NCBI RefSeq assembly: GCF_009914755.1
Contig: NC_060938.1
Source: the human T2T-CHM13v2.0 reference genome, Homo sapiens
Direction: 5' to 3' (one strand)
Length of the DNA stretch: 64,000 nucleotides
How positions within the stretch are numbered: the stretch's first letter is position 1; every line of letters starts with the position of its first letter. The position numbers and the translations under genes were made by a program. Below, piece by piece: positions 12,989 to 31,533 of this stretch. A model generated the notes under the pieces. It saw nothing but the letters and a program-made list of their open reading frames with translations. It ran no database searches and was not told the origin of the DNA.

Positions 12989-13109
12989 CCAGTGGAAGTG
13001 TGGATGGTCAGGAAGGTTGTAGCTGGGGGGAATGTATCCATAACGGGAGCCCAGAATCCCCACAAACAGCTGTGCGTTCTCCACCTCCCCAAGGCACACT
13101 TCCAGTTGT
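12989..13109 (-). CDS. TEP1: TEP1 exon 20 (DUF4062)
   Basis: [40 protein letters not shown]; 121 nt. Confidence 0.93.
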
Positions 13110-13360
13110 CTGTAGGCATGATGATAGGGACGTGTGGGAGTCACTGGGGGCATGGTATCAGGGAACATAGGCACAAACAGGGAGACGGGGCCCTGACTCG
13201 CAACTGAGTAAAGAAAAGGTAGGCTGCTCTTGTTAGTATCCAAGGAGCGACTCCCGCCTTCACCCTCATCCATTCTTGCAGCCCCAACCATGCCCACCTC
13301 AGGTCCACCACTCAAGCCCCTCATCCCCGACCCAGCCCCTCTTCTCTGCAGCCCCCACAC

Positions 13361-13537
13361 CTGTTCCTACGGGTCTCCTCCTCAGTGACGCCCCAGCGGA
13401 GGTCGATTCCGTGAAGGCTGATACGGTGAGGGGCCGCTCGGGCCTGCAGTGCTGGCAGCACAGACCTCAGCAGCAGGTCCCGCTCCCCGTGCATGTCTCG
13501 GAAAGTGGATGAAATGAAAAGCCGGATGCTGCGCCAT
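13361..13537 (-). CDS. TEP1: TEP1 exon 19 (DUF4062 start)
   Basis: [31 protein letters not shown]...[12 protein letters not shown]; 177 nt. Confidence 0.93.
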
Positions 13538-13853
13538 CTGGGGATAAGCAGAGAGCTGGGCTCAGTCTAGGGATGATTCCCACCCCCCATCCATAGACAC
13601 TGCTGTGATCACCCTTTAGCACTGAGCACAAGCCAGGTACGACAGACAGCAGATGGGTGCCCAGCAGGCCTTCAGAGAAGCACCTGCTAGTGGTCTCAAC
13701 TGCAGGGCCCTGGAATTTAATGCCCACTTGCTATTTCTTGTACACCTCTCTTTTTTCTGGTAATCATTTTTATATACTTACTGCTTGTTCATGACAGCAC
13801 TGTGAGGTAAGCACTATCATTATCTCCATTTTAGCAATCAAGAAACGATAACT

Positions 13854-14146
<293 letters not shown>

Positions 14147-14178
14147 AAGAAACTATAGCTTTAAGAAATTAAGCAACT

Positions 14179-14492
<314 letters not shown>

Positions 14493-14830
14493 TTAAGCAA
14501 CTAAGCCAGATTCAAACTACTATTTGGCAAAGCCACAATGAAAAAGCCAGAACCTGTGCTCCTAAGCCCTCTGCCTACGCCCTGGCCATACGGCCATGAT
14601 GTCTGCCGTCATCTTTGCATTCTGACTTCCTTTCCTCAGTAGAGAAAGGAAGGGCTTGCTCACAATCTGACAACTCCCTGTGGTAGAGAAACCTCCGCCT
14701 GAGAAAGAGGAAGCATGCCTTCATGAAGAGAACAAGCGGCACCTCACCAGCTAGAATTTCAGCCCCAGGGTTTCCCAAGGTTTGACTGCAGCCCCTCCCA
14801 ATTCACAAAGGCATAGAAACACAGACTGAC

Positions 14831-14989
14831 CCTTGCTGGGAAACAGGAGCCAAGGGGCTTGGAGTGTCCTCTTCCAGTGGCCGGAGAGACTGGACCCCTG
14901 TCTTTCCTGGGGGTGGTGGAATCTTGAATATTTTGTCCATTTGGCCCACATGTTCCAGAAGATGGGAGGCCCCATGCTCTGCAATGAAC
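14831..14989 (-). CDS. TEP1: TEP1 exon 18
   Basis: FIAEHGASHLLEHVGQMDKIFKIPPPPG...VSQQ; 159 nt. Confidence 0.92.
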
Positions 14990-15794
14990 CTGACATAAAT
15001 AACAAGATAAATGAGAGTAGAATACCACAGGTCGAAATCAGTGAGGTCTTCCGAAAAGGGCAGGGGGAAAAAGATATGTCCAGGTTTGGTGACCAGTTAA
15101 GTCAAGCTCCTTAAGAAGAGGACCATAAGCAGTTTATGCAGACTTAAAATAAATGAGGATGCAGAACCACAGGAATGAAGGAAAAGAGAAGCCCAGCTCT
15201 AGCCCCTCCTGCTGTGCGTGGTAATCACAAACTTGCTGTTGGGCCAGGGCAACGGGGTAGGGAAAGGTGTAAAGATTAAAGCCATCCCAGTCTGGGCTTG
15301 AGCAGCTCTGTGCCAGCCATAAAGGCCCCCTGGAGAAGGAGGAATGTGCCTGAGGCTTTCTCATAGGAGTTGAGGGAAATGGATGGTATCCAGAGGAAAA
15401 GCCAGGGGAGAAAACAAGTAAATAAGAAGGCAAAGGATGGAGAGACAGATAAAAAAAACGTGAAAAGATTTCTGTAATTTTAGCTTAAATAGACATAATT
15501 TTCTCTGGATCAAGAATTGAACAGAAGCCACAGTGACATGGCCAACTCTTGACAGTGAAGTCTCCCATGTCCCCTTTCTTCTTTCCTACTGGATATAATA
15601 CAAACTTGGCTGAATACCAAGATGGCTGGAGCTCAGGCAGACATATTGAATTATGAGGTAGAAGCTGAGTATTTGAGGATCATGGAGCAATAAGAGAGAA
15701 AGTGCCTGGGTCCCTGTGACACTGTGTTGCTGCTATGCCTGGATGGCTGTAAAAGAGGAGTGAACTACCTCACTTTAAAAAAGAAGTAACTGGA

Positions 15795-16141
<347 letters not shown>

Positions 16142-16163
16142 TCAGTATCCATTCTGTACTCAC

Positions 16164-16223
16164 TTCAGTATCGCATCAGTACAGCCTGAGAGTGTCACAT
16201 CATTGGGATTCAAATCTGTTGAC
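16164..16223 (-). CDS. TEP1: TEP1 exon 17
   Basis: [19 protein letters not shown]; 60 nt. Confidence 0.9.
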
Positions 16224-16535
16224 CTGGCAAAGGAAGAAGCAGTCATTAACCATCACAAACAATACCTGGAACACAGTCACTGCCCACTAACATCCCAAGA
16301 TGAAAACCCCACTTCTGCACCTTTAATAGGGTTATGTGGTAGGCTAGGGCTAGGGTGGACTCTCACAGAGGGGTACAGAGTTAGGCTAAAGTATCCACCT
16401 GAAGTGCAACAGAGGTAAGAAGGCAGAGTTGGGGAGATCCCTGCCAAGTGGGAGTGTCCTATGCTTTGGCAGGCGTAGAGAGGAAATGTAGACCACTGAT
16501 TTCTGACACTGGGCAGGAAGTATAAGCACCCTTAC

Positions 16536-16666
16536 AGGTATTGTACCCTTCTTAGGAGGATACCAACAAAGAGGCACTTGGAATTCACACGCTGCCAGTA
16601 AAGCTGTTTGGCCACATTTATCATTCCATCATCCATGCTTTGGCCAAGGAGGATGACCCTGTCCAC
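16536..16666 (-). CDS. TEP1: TEP1 exon 16 (vWA-like)
   Basis: VDRVILLGQSMDDGMINVAKQLYWQRVNSKCLFVGILLRRVQY; 131 nt. Confidence 0.9.
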
Positions 16667-16857
16667 CTGTAAGATGAAAAGGGAGAAGATGCTAGAGAAG
16701 GGATGCTAGACAGCCCAGGACATTAAGATATGAGCTTTCTGAGGACAGGAGGATTAGGAGAACTCTGAGAGGAGTACCTCTCCTGAGAGCACATAGAATG
16801 AGGGAAGCCACTGCATTTTAACTTACAGGGGACATCAAAGTGGAGGTTGGAGTGGGG

Positions 16858-17464
16858 CAGTGGTATACTGCAGCTGGCTCATTCAGGCTCAAGAGAGCTG
16901 ATTGTTAAGTTTTCAGGAAGTTTGTGGGCAGTTGTTAAAGATGGACATTATTAAACATTAAATTGTATACATTTAAAAAATTAAATAAGTTATATTTAAA
17001 ACAAATGTGGCTGGGCATGTTGACACACACCAGTACTCCCAGCTACTTGGGAGGCTGAGGCAGGAGAATCACTTGAGCCCAGGAGTTTTAGTTGCAGTGA
17101 GCTATAAGCGAGCCACTTCACTCCAGCCTGGGCAACGGAGTGAGACCCTGTCTCAAAAAATAAAAATCAGAAAATAAAACAAATGTAATAAATACTCAAA
17201 ATGTATAACTTCCTAATAATTTTACTACAATTTACTATTATCTACACGTGCTTATTTACATCTACTATATCAGGAGTGTGAGAATACTACACAGCAGTGT
17301 GCTCCTGAGCGTCTTTTCCCAACTCTATGTTCAGTAGCATCATGTCGATAGCTTGAAATCAGCCACGGTAGGACTGTTTACACCATGGAAATTTAGCAGA
17401 TGCTACTAACCAAGGCTTATTTTTCTAGGCAGCTGGTTGTTAGATATTCAGCAGCACACCACTG
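16858..17464. mobile_element. MER63-like hAT DNA transposon, interrupted by an Alu monomer (17009-17165)
   Basis: Terminal inverted repeats cagtggtatactg ... cagcacaccactg. Confidence 0.7.
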
Positions 17465-17606
17465 GGTAGGGGGTTGTAGCCAGTAGAGCTGATCTGACTA
17501 TTGTATGTGGTTGGAGAAGTCAGCTCTAAAGGTCAAGAAATGAAATATATCAGTTGCAGAGGAAAATGTGGGGGAGGGAGAGGGTTTCTCAGGGATTAAT
17601 ACTCAC

Positions 17607-17684
17607 AGGAACCCTTTGGCCAGCCAGAGACAGCAGGTATTTCCCAAAAGTATTCAGGGACCATCCATCATTTTCATCAAACTC
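17607..17684 (-). CDS. TEP1: TEP1 exon 15
   Basis: EFDENDGWSLNTFGKYLLSLAGQRVP; 78 nt. Confidence 0.9.
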
Positions 17685-17863
17685 CTGAAGGAAAGAGACT
17701 TCATGTTATGTGGTTGCACAGTAAGCGACAAACACTGCAGTCTTGCAGTCTGCTTGGGAAATCTTCAGAACTGTGTATTATCTGTGCCTTTACCAAATAT
17801 CTGGGCTATTCCCAGGCCTGTGTCCTTCATGTATTTTTGGATGGTGGGTGCTGAGTGTCTGAC

Positions 17864-18022
17864 CTGGACTTGAGCCTGGAGCTTGATGGCAGTCTTCAGG
17901 ATGCCTTCTTCTGCCTTAAGCACTGCAGTCTTCAGAGTGTCACCTCCACACAGCACGACGTCCACCTGCTCTGCCCTCGTGATCATCATCCCAATCAACA
18001 GCAGTGCATAGTTCAGCGGGGG
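17864..18022 (-). CDS. TEP1: TEP1 exon 14 (vWA-like)
   Basis: PPLNYALLLIGMMITRAEQVDVVLCGG...QAQVQ; 159 nt. Confidence 0.92.
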
Positions 18023-18524
18023 CTGATTGGACAAGTGTCAGGGGAAATAAAGCTCCCCTGCTTTGGAATTCACCCTTGCCCAGCCAGCCCTGGAGGCCAA
18101 ACCCTTCCATTGGTTAGAGGGAATAAGAAAAAGTGTAAAATCCCAAGTTAGGAGGGGTCAGCTTCAGCAGCCCTCAGGAGGAGCTGACTGTGGAGGGAGG
18201 AAAAGAGGAGCCAGGATCCCTGCCCAAGTTCAACACCGGGATGTAGTGAGGTGAAAGTGAGACATATTTTGGTGATGCAAATTTAGAGAGTACCAAGTAC
18301 CAGCCAAAGGTGAAATGTTAGTATTATAATCCATAAACCTGGTTGAAACAACATCCTAGGAATTGCCCCTAGGAACCAAGGACTGATACTTGGAAGCAAA
18401 TTCATATCATTTATTTCAGTCTGAGTGTTTGCCTGGGAAAACCAGCTCTGGGAACAGGATACTGCTCAGGATCCCCAGCATTCTACCAACCCAACCCCTT
18501 GGAGGATGCTTTTTGTTTTCTTAC

Positions 18525-18693
18525 CCCTTGTGGGTTGCTCTTTGGACAGAGCCTGTCTGCATTAGCATCTGTCAGATAGACCAAGACAGTGCGGCCTGGC
18601 AGCAGGGGCAGGCTGTGCTTCACAGAGAGGTTCACAGCTGTCTCTAGGGCCTGTCGGTACCTGTTCAGCATCTCACCATCATATTTCCACTGT
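18525..18693 (-). CDS. TEP1: TEP1 exon 13 (TROVE end)
   Basis: QWKYDGEMLNRYRQALETAVNLSVKHSLPLLPGRT...SNPQG; 169 nt. Confidence 0.92.
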
Positions 18694-18959
18694 CTACATG
18701 CAAGAAAGACACAGACACAGGGGCTCAGGGACTTATCTGCCCCTTAGAGGCAGACGGGGAGATGAGAAGTTGCCACTAAGTATTGAGTCTTCTCCCTCCC
18801 TCAAGCACCATACCCGCTTCCACAGCCCACTCCATTTCTGGTGTAGAGGACTGGGAGAGAGCTTCCCTCTGCCCCCATCCTATAGGATTCTTCTAATCCA
18901 CACTCATGGTAGGAGAGGGGAAGTCACCTGTAGACCCACTAGCTACACTTACCACATGA

Positions 18960-20280
<1,321 letters not shown>

Positions 20281-20297
20281 AAAATCAGTAGTCTTCC

Positions 20298-21369
<1,072 letters not shown>

Positions 21370-21397
21370 AAATACCATTTGGACTGGCCCCTTGGGC

Positions 21398-21720
<323 letters not shown>

Positions 21721-22372
21721 TTGATTCTTAAATGGCCCTCTGTTCAGCTACTGATTCAGGAGATTCCTAGTTACTGAGCCCTCTAGAAAGTTAAGTGAGT
21801 CCTGTGTTTGTTTTGAGTAAAAATAAGTGTAAGATACTGATGAACCACTTAAAAAGACAGCTGAGACTTCATCAAGCCTACAAAACAGATGGTACATCTG
21901 TCTTTGAGCCTGCTGATGGTAACTATCTTTGTGTGTATTTCAAAATACACACACACACAACAAAAACAAAAAAGATGAATGGGTCAAAAAATACAGAAAG
22001 ATAGAAACAAAAAGAAAAACAAACATGTCACAGAAAAGAAAAAGAAAACCATGAATCAGAGCAGAAGCAGAGAGGACACCAGCATACACCACCATACATC
22101 AGCATAACTAAAAGAAAGGAATCTACATAAACCAATAAAACAATCACAGATAATAGAGTGGAGGTCCAGGAGTAGACTTTGTTTCATGATCTCTCTTTAG
22201 GACAATGTTAAAGACAAGGTGTGCTGTGCAAGAAACCAGGCAGTTCTGAGCCACTGCGATGACTGACAAGCAAACCTTTACAGAAAAACAGTTGGGATTC
22301 CCAGATGACTTCCAACCTGTGCCAGGGTAGCCCCGATTGCCCACCCTTGGCTCCCAGACAGTGCATACATAC

Positions 22373-22550
22373 CTGGCCTTGTGTACTCTCAGCTTCTCCC
22401 TCTTGAGCTGCTCATACAACACAGGTATCCTCATTGCCATCCGAAGCTGCTGACGGCTTAGGTGGCAAAGAAACCTCCGCCTGGGACGGTTCTTTTCATT
22501 TCTAGTTAGTATCCGCCTCATCAGTGTTATATTCGAAGGAAAGGGCAATG
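22373..22550 (-). CDS. TEP1: TEP1 exon 12 (TROVE)
   Basis: LPFPSNITLMRRILTRNEKNRPRRRF...LRVHKA; 178 nt. Confidence 0.92.
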
Positions 22551-22781
22551 CTGTATGATGACAGGTAAATTTCCGAGTTAGGCAGCTTCTATTCCCTCAT
22601 CTTTTCCTACCAGTAATGTGACCTGAGCCCCAACCCTTGGGGCTGGCAAGTGCCTGACCTCTGCCCCCCACCCCGATACACCCTGAGACTGCAAAGCAAG
22701 AGGCTAAAAATATTGGTGCTGCTGCTTCATTTATTGTCAGATGTGGGAGGCAAAGAGGAGTTGGAAGAAAGGGGAGAATAC

Positions 22782-22872
22782 CTTGATTTCTGAGTTGAGC
22801 CTCGAGGGCATCAATGGCATCATGGGCGTTAAGAAATCTGAATGGAAACTGCCGACTGTGGATCACCGACTT
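22782..22872 (-). CDS. TEP1: TEP1 exon 11 (TROVE)
   Basis: KSVIHSRQFPFRFLNAHDAIDALEAQLRNQ; 91 nt. Confidence 0.92.
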
Positions 22873-23543
22873 CTAGAAAGCAAAGGAGGGAGGGGTCATG
22901 AGCACAGGAGCCGGGAGTATGGGGGGCTTCAGGGGTCCACTCTATTAGCTTTGTGGGAAGGTACAGAAGGACAAAATGAACTTAGACAAGAGATATAGAA
23001 AAGGGGTAATAAGAAGAAAGAAAAAAGTCATCATTTTAGGATGTGAGAAAAGGTAACAAAAGAAGAGAAAGTAACAGAAGGAGCCCCGTTTCTTTTAAGA
23101 CTCCCTCTGGGCAGGGTGTGGTAGCTCACGCCTGTAATCCCAGCACTTTGGGAGCCTTAGGCAGGTGGACTGCCTGGGCTCAAGAGTTTGAGACCAGCCT
23201 TGCCAACATCGCAAAACCCCATCTCTATAAATAAAAAACAAAGACTCCTTCTGAAATCAGTTACATCACACAAGTGTCTCTTCCTGGTAAGTCACTGAGC
23301 TCAGAAAATTAAAATGAAAGTTCTTATACTCTACTGTAACTTCTCAAAGGATTTACTGAACCCCAAAACTTATCTCCCTCAACCTAGCTGTATTCCCAGA
23401 TCTACTTACAGCCCACATGGAAACAGCTTGAGGGCCGTACCTGCCTCTGCCCCCTGAAAAAGCCTGGCCTCTAAAGCAGCAGTGGCCTCTCCACGTGCAC
23501 ATCTAGTTGCTGGGCCCCATGGCTACCAGCCCCTCACACATAC

Positions 23544-23653
23544 CGCATGCTGGAGTCTCTGGAGAATGAGCTCATGGTGGCGGGAACTGATTCCAACCCG
23601 CAGCAGGTTGCACAGGTTCCGAAGCATGGCCATGAAGGGAAGCTTCCCATTTT
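23544..23653 (-). CDS. TEP1: TEP1 exon 10 (TROVE)
   Basis: NGKLPFMAMLRNLCNLLRVGISSRHHELILQRLQHA; 110 nt. Confidence 0.93.
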
Positions 23654-24676
23654 CTGTGGAATGTGGGGCATAGAGTGAGAAAAACAAATGAGAAGGCCAG
23701 GCACAGTGGCATGCACCTATAATCTCAGCTACCAAGGAGGCTGAGACAGAAGGATCACTTGAGCCCAGAACCCAGGAATTAGAGTCCAGCCTGGGCAACA
23801 TAGCAAGACTGTCTCAAAAAAAAAAAGCAAATGAGGGATGATTAGAGAGAGGTCAGAGACCAGAGCAAGAAGTTCAGAAACCAGGCATGTGGAAAGTCCA
23901 AGATAGAGGAAGTGAGGAATTCACATACAATCTACCCTACTCAAAATGTTTTAAAGGCTTGGAAAGATTAAAAACAGGGTTGGCCCAAAGTTTGGAACAA
24001 AATTTATGCAACACTGTTTATGGGATGGCTGTTATGTTACCACTTAATCTGTTGGCTCTAGCCCTAAGATTGGGTTCAACTGGCAAAATGTATTATCTAG
24101 TCTAGAGCAAAGGTTTCTAAACTTTTTAGATGGCCAAAAGAGAAATTTCGTAGTGTAAGTTGATTTATGAAGTATATACTAACATAATGTAGCACATTCA
24201 TTAGTTAATATTTCAAGGCACAATATCCATTTAAAAGAAGGTTCACCATTTATGAAACCCCGTCTCTACAAAAATACAAAAATTAGCCAGGCGTGGTGTC
24301 TGGTGCCTCTAATCCCAGCCACTCGAAAGGCTGAGTCAGGAGAATCGCTTGAAACCAAAATGCGAAGGTTGCAGTGAACCGAGATCACGCCACTGCACTG
24401 CAGCCTGGGTGACAAAGCAAGACTCTGTCTCCAAAAAAAAAATTAAAAAAAAGTTCACCATTTATAATGACGAATGTATGTAAATCCATATTTGAAATAG
24501 TCTTCATAATTTGTAAGCTTCTCACCCAATTTCTTCTATTTGATTAGTCATTACTTTTTTTGCTTAAATATAGGTGAAAAAGATTTGCACTGGAGATAGA
24601 ATTTCACCACTGACCTCTGTCACTTCCTTATTGTTCCCTTGTACCTGTGTTATTAATATTATCTTCAAGCCATAGT

Positions 24677-24976
24677 TTCTTTTCTTTTTTTTTTGAGACG
24701 GAGTCTCACTCTGTCACCCAGGCTAGAGTGTGGTGGTGCAATCTCAGCTCACTGCAACCTCTGATTCCTGGATTCAAGCAATTCTCCTGCCTCAGCCTCC
24801 GAGTAGCTGGGATTACAAGTGCTCACCACCATGCCTGGCTAATTTTTGTATTTTTAGTAGAGACGGGGTTTCACCATGTTGGCCAGGCTGGTCTCAAACT
24901 CCCGATCTACAGTGATCTGCCTGCCTCGGCCTCCCAAATTGCTGGGATTACAGGCGTGAGCCACCATGCCCAGCCC
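24677..24976 (-). mobile_element. AluS
   Basis: Antisense dimer. Confidence 0.9.
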
Positions 24977-25020
24977 ATAGTTTCTTAATAATAATATTTT
25001 TAAGGTTTATATCAATTTTA

Positions 25021-25323
<303 letters not shown>

Positions 25324-25748
25324 TCAATTTTAGACAGTTAATTTGGTTAATACTGAATAATATAATTCCAAATCCATCTACAATTGAAAGATAAATTGCT
25401 ATAAGTCAAATTATATAGAAACCAAAATTAAAAAAAAAAAAGAGTGAAGGGGTGACATTAATGCCCTCAGATTGTGGATGCTCAGAAAACCTCAACTATT
25501 ACACGTAACACATAACACTGTATCATATGGATTCAGTGACTATGTGGGTTCAATCTGCATGGTAAGTACTGGGAAAATTCTTTTCTTTTAGATAAAAGTA
25601 AACATAAATAGGAGGTGTGATTTTCTTTTCCTGGACAGAGGTGCATTCAAACCACTTTAGAGGCCAGGCCGGTCAGTCCGTCACCATGCCTTGTGCACCA
25701 GCCCACACCATCAGCAGCTTCATCAGGTAAATGCTGCTCCCTTTGTAA

Positions 25749-26115
<367 letters not shown>

Positions 26116-26802
26116 TCCAGTCATAATTCTGATTCACAAACTGTATGGAACAATTAGGTTGTATATGTACTATAAATGAACTATTGCATCCATTGTCGAC
26201 TCAAGTTTTTTCCACTGTTACTATGTATAAAAGGTTTTCTAGATCATTTTCGGTAAGAAATTAAGTCCAATATCATACTGGTGATATTAGAAAATAAACT
26301 GGACATTTATCCTTAAGATTGCAAAATTCACTAATTTCATTCCAAAAAAATGTTAATGAGTTATTAATGAGATCTGTGGTCTTCAAAAAGGGTTCTGTAT
26401 ATCCAATTACATTTTATCTTATATTTTATACTTATATCTTTTTTTATATTTCCTTTTATTTATTTATATTTATTTTTGGCTGGGCACAGTGGCTTACATC
26501 TGTAATCCCAGCAATTGGAGACCAGCCTTGGCAACAAAGTGAGGCCCTGTTTCTTAAAAAAAAAAAAAAAAAAAAAAAAAGTACATATACATATATTCTG
26601 GTGTATCCTAAAAATTGTTTTTGTAGTATATGATTAAAAAAAAGAAACACTAGCCACCACGGGATTAGACTATGGGCATTTGCCTCAACCAGGATAAATG
26701 ACATTAAAAGAATAAATTTACATGTCCTTACATTTTCAGGGACAGTGGTTCTCAACCAGAGGGAGGAAGTGGAGATGGGTGCATATAGAATTATCTTCAT
26801 AT

Positions 26803-27085
26803 GGCTGGGCGTGGTGGCTCACACCTATAATCCCAGCACTTTGGGAGGCCGAGGCGAGTGGATTACTGGAGGTCAGGAGTTCAAGACCAGCCAATATGGT
26901 GAAACGCCGTCTCTACTAAAAATACAAAATTAGCTGGGCATGGTGGCATGCGCCTGTAATCCCAGCTACTCGGGAGACTGAGGCAGGAGGCAGAAGTTGC
27001 AGTGAGCCAAGATTGCGCCATTGCATTCCGGCCTGGGCAAAAAGAGCAAAACTCCGTCTCAAAAAAAAAAAAAAAAAAAAAAAAA
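26803..27085 (+). mobile_element. AluS
   Basis: Dimer with internal deletions. Confidence 0.88.
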
Positions 27086-27186
27086 GAATTATCTACATAT
27101 ACCGGCTTCTATCCAGGCCCCTTTATTCTACTCCACCCCAAGTGGTTTCAACCATCAGGGAAGAAGAGGCTGTCAACTGGGGGCAG

Positions 27187-27235
27187 GTGTGTGTGTGTAT
27201 GTGTGTTTGTGTGTGGGTGCGTGTGTGTGTGTGTG
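27187..27235 (+). repeat. Imperfect (TG)n microsatellite
   Basis: gtgtgtgtgtgtatgtgtgtttgtgtgtgggtgcgtgtgtgtgtgtgtg. Confidence 0.9.
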
Positions 27236-27906
27236 CAGTGGCTCATGCCTATAATTCCAGCACTTTGGGAGGCCAAGGTAGGAGAAATGCTTGAGGCCAT
27301 GAGTTTGAGACCAGCCTGGGCAACATTACAAAGACCTTGTCTCTAAAATTTAAAAAGAAAAGTAATAATTTTATAAAGTAAAAAACGAAAGAAAGAGCCT
27401 GCTATAGGTAAAAGTAGACCAAAAAAAAAAAAAAAAAAAAAAAAACAGAGAAAGAGAAAACTGAAGATAACTTGATCCTCCTCTATTTGACTTTTTTTTT
27501 TTCTGTATCAATGTGGGCAAATTACCTAAAACTTCCATGTCCTAAATACAATATGAGGTTCTGTACAGATTCCAATATGCCATGTGCCAGTCCTACCTTT
27601 TTTGGAATGAGTTACAGAGATATCGATATGAGTACAATGAGAGAGAAGGTACTTTTGTCATATGTTGATAAAAACTTGTACATCACCTAACTACATCTGG
27701 TATAATGATCTATGATGCCAACATTACTCAAAGCAGGTACCACTGTTTACTTTGGTGTAGTCAATGGCAGACCTTATAAATCAAATACAACAACCAGGCA
27801 AAGTAATAACTTCATCATTCCACAGAAATCTTCTAGTGAGGATCTAAAATGTGGAGGCATAAATGGGGAAGAGAAGGAGGGAATGTGATGGTCAAGGTCA
27901 CTCTAC

Positions 27907-28064
27907 CAATGAGTTCCTCCCAGACCGACGCTTTGTTCCCCCGTAGGCTCAGCTCCCGCTCCCAGGTCTCTGGCCTAGACAGCTTCATCCTCTTCCCAGC
28001 TCTGCTAGAATCCCAAGGCCCAGGAAGGCGACTTCGAGAAAAGAGCTGTAGGTTGGAGGGGTAT
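27907..28064 (-). CDS. TEP1: TEP1 exon 9 (TROVE)
   Basis: YPSNLQLFSRSRLPGPWDSSRAGKRMKLSRPETWERELSLRGNKASVWEELI; 158 nt. Confidence 0.93.
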
Positions 28065-28109
28065 CTGAGGATAGGTAAGAAAGAGGTCTATCATTTCAGA
28101 GTCAGCAAG

Positions 28110-28290
28110 AAAATAACTCAGAAAAGGAAAGGTGAGTCATGTTTACAGGGCATGTCTGCCCAAATATGCCTAAAAATAACTCAGAAAAGGAAAGGTGAGT
28201 CATGTTTACAGGTGAGTCAGAAAAGGAAAGGCAGCAATTGGAAAGGCAGTCATGTCTACAGGGCATGTCTGTCTAAAGTCATGTTGCTGG
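28110..28290. repeat. Local 40-bp direct repeat with AP-1 and p53-half-site motifs (TEP1 intron 8)
   Basis: AAAATAACTCAGAAAAGGAAAGGTGAGTCATGTTTACAGG at 28110-28149 and 28173-28212, plus partial third copy. Confidence 0.9.
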
Positions 28291-28379
28291 GTTTGAGAAC
28301 TACTGGGATGGGGGCCACGGATGTTGAAAAGTTAAGGAATTACTTAGATGGAATGCATGCTCAGGGTGCAGCTTCTCAC

Positions 28380-28504
28380 CTGTAACCCAGCAGGGCTTGA
28401 ACGTGCTGGGCAGGCTTGTGGATGTGCAGTCGCTGAACCAGCTTCTTCAGGGTGAACCTTGGAGGATTCTTTTTCTCTGACACTGTATCACCGGCCTTCT
28501 CAAA
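28380..28504 (-). CDS. TEP1: TEP1 exon 8 (TROVE)
   Basis: FEKAGDTVSEKKNPPRFTLKKLVQRLHIHKPAQHVQALLGY; 125 nt. Confidence 0.92.
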
Positions 28505-28903
28505 CTGTGGAAACATCCCCAAGTCCCACAGGGGTCCTTTCATCCATGACCATGGGAACTTTCTTCAATAAAGCAGATTGTAAGACCATCCGATCCCTAT
28601 GTGGTAATTTCTTTCTTCAAAATAGATTTGGCCAAGGAGCAGGAATAGAGGGTACAAATCTCTGGCAACAAGAGCTCCCATGGTAAGCAGCACAGGATGG
28701 CAACTCTTTGGGGTCACTGTTTCATTCACACAAGCAGTTAACATGGGTTGACTGGCTTGTGAGAAACAAGGTGGGGATAGAATGAACACAGGACAGCTTT
28801 GTTTGTAGAGGAGGGGAAAGGGAAAATCAGCTCCGATTTAAATCACTAAGACTCTTAATAGATAAATAGAGAAACGAGCACAATGCAGGCTACGAGGAGT
28901 TTA

Positions 28904-29362
<459 letters not shown>

Positions 29363-29419
29363 TTATAACGCTAATATATATTTTCCTAATCATCTGTTTT
29401 AATAACGATGATGGTAGTG

Positions 29420-29655
29420 ATAGCTAACACTTATTTACTTCCAGGAATTGTTAGAAATACTTTAAATATAGTAACTTATTTAATCTTTATGACAACCTAA
29501 CAATGTAGGTTCTGCTTTTATTCCCATTTAATACGTGAGAAAACTGAGGCAAGAGAGGTTAAATCATTTGACCAATGTCTCATAGCCAGTAAGGGGTGGA
29601 TGGAAGATTCAAAGCCGGGTGACGTGAATCCAGATTCTATGCTCTTAAATGCTAC
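29420..29655 (-). mobile_element. MIR
   Basis: cccatttaatacgtgagaaaactgaggcaagagaggttaaatcatttgacca core. Confidence 0.65.
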
Positions 29656-29800
29656 GTACAATACCTTATTTGTCCAAAAGTAAAAAGATTTTGTTTGGTT
29701 TGTTTTTAAAACTTCCTGTGAAAGGTATATATTTCATAATGTTTTTAACTCACTTATCCAACTTTACTGACATGTCACCCGGCAGTAAAGTACAATACCA

Positions 29801-30163
<363 letters not shown>

Positions 30164-30299
30164 TCAGAACCTTACCCACAATCACAGCCAAGAATCCCCA
30201 GGAAGAAAGTATTTTCAACCCTAATAGAATTTTGTTCGTAAATATTAGTCCAGAAGAGATTGTACATGCACATATACAACCCCAGAAGAAGGGACTCAC

Positions 30300-30371
30300 C
30301 TTTCTCTGCTCTTCTCTGAGAAACCCTATGTACCTTGGAAAACATCTGTGAGAAAATGGAGGCTCCATCCC
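30300..30371 (-). CDS. TEP1: TEP1 exon 7
   Basis: GMEPPFSHRCFPRYIGFLREEQRK; 72 nt. Confidence 0.9.
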
Positions 30372-30645
30372 CTGTAGGGACAGGAGAAGCAATTTCAAAA
30401 AAAGGGAACTGGCTGTCCTTGAAGAGATCCAGTCAATAGCCCTGAAGGTGCATCTCTACCAAAAAGGAAGCCAACTAGAAAAGAAGACTGCCCTGCACCA
30501 TATGCCCATGAGCTCTACCCAGCTCCCCTGCATTTCTCTGACTCCCTTTGCTCCTGGTGTGGGACTCCCCAGCATCAGCATGCTCCCTTGTCCTGCCCTT
30601 CCTGGAGAAAAGGGGCGTGGGTCGAGGGCTGGGGCAGTGACTGAC

Positions 30646-31355
<710 letters not shown>

Positions 31356-31533
31356 TCACATTCTCCATGCTGGACAACCCAGCCTAGTGGAGGGAGAAGC
31401 TGTCCTGTCTGGGCACCAATGCTGAGGAAAGCTGAGGGGAAACCAAATTGCCTGAGAATTTTCTCCAAGGATGCAGTGAGCATAAGAGAAGGAATGAAGT
31501 GAAGGCCCAAGCTCAGGGAAATGAGCACCATAC

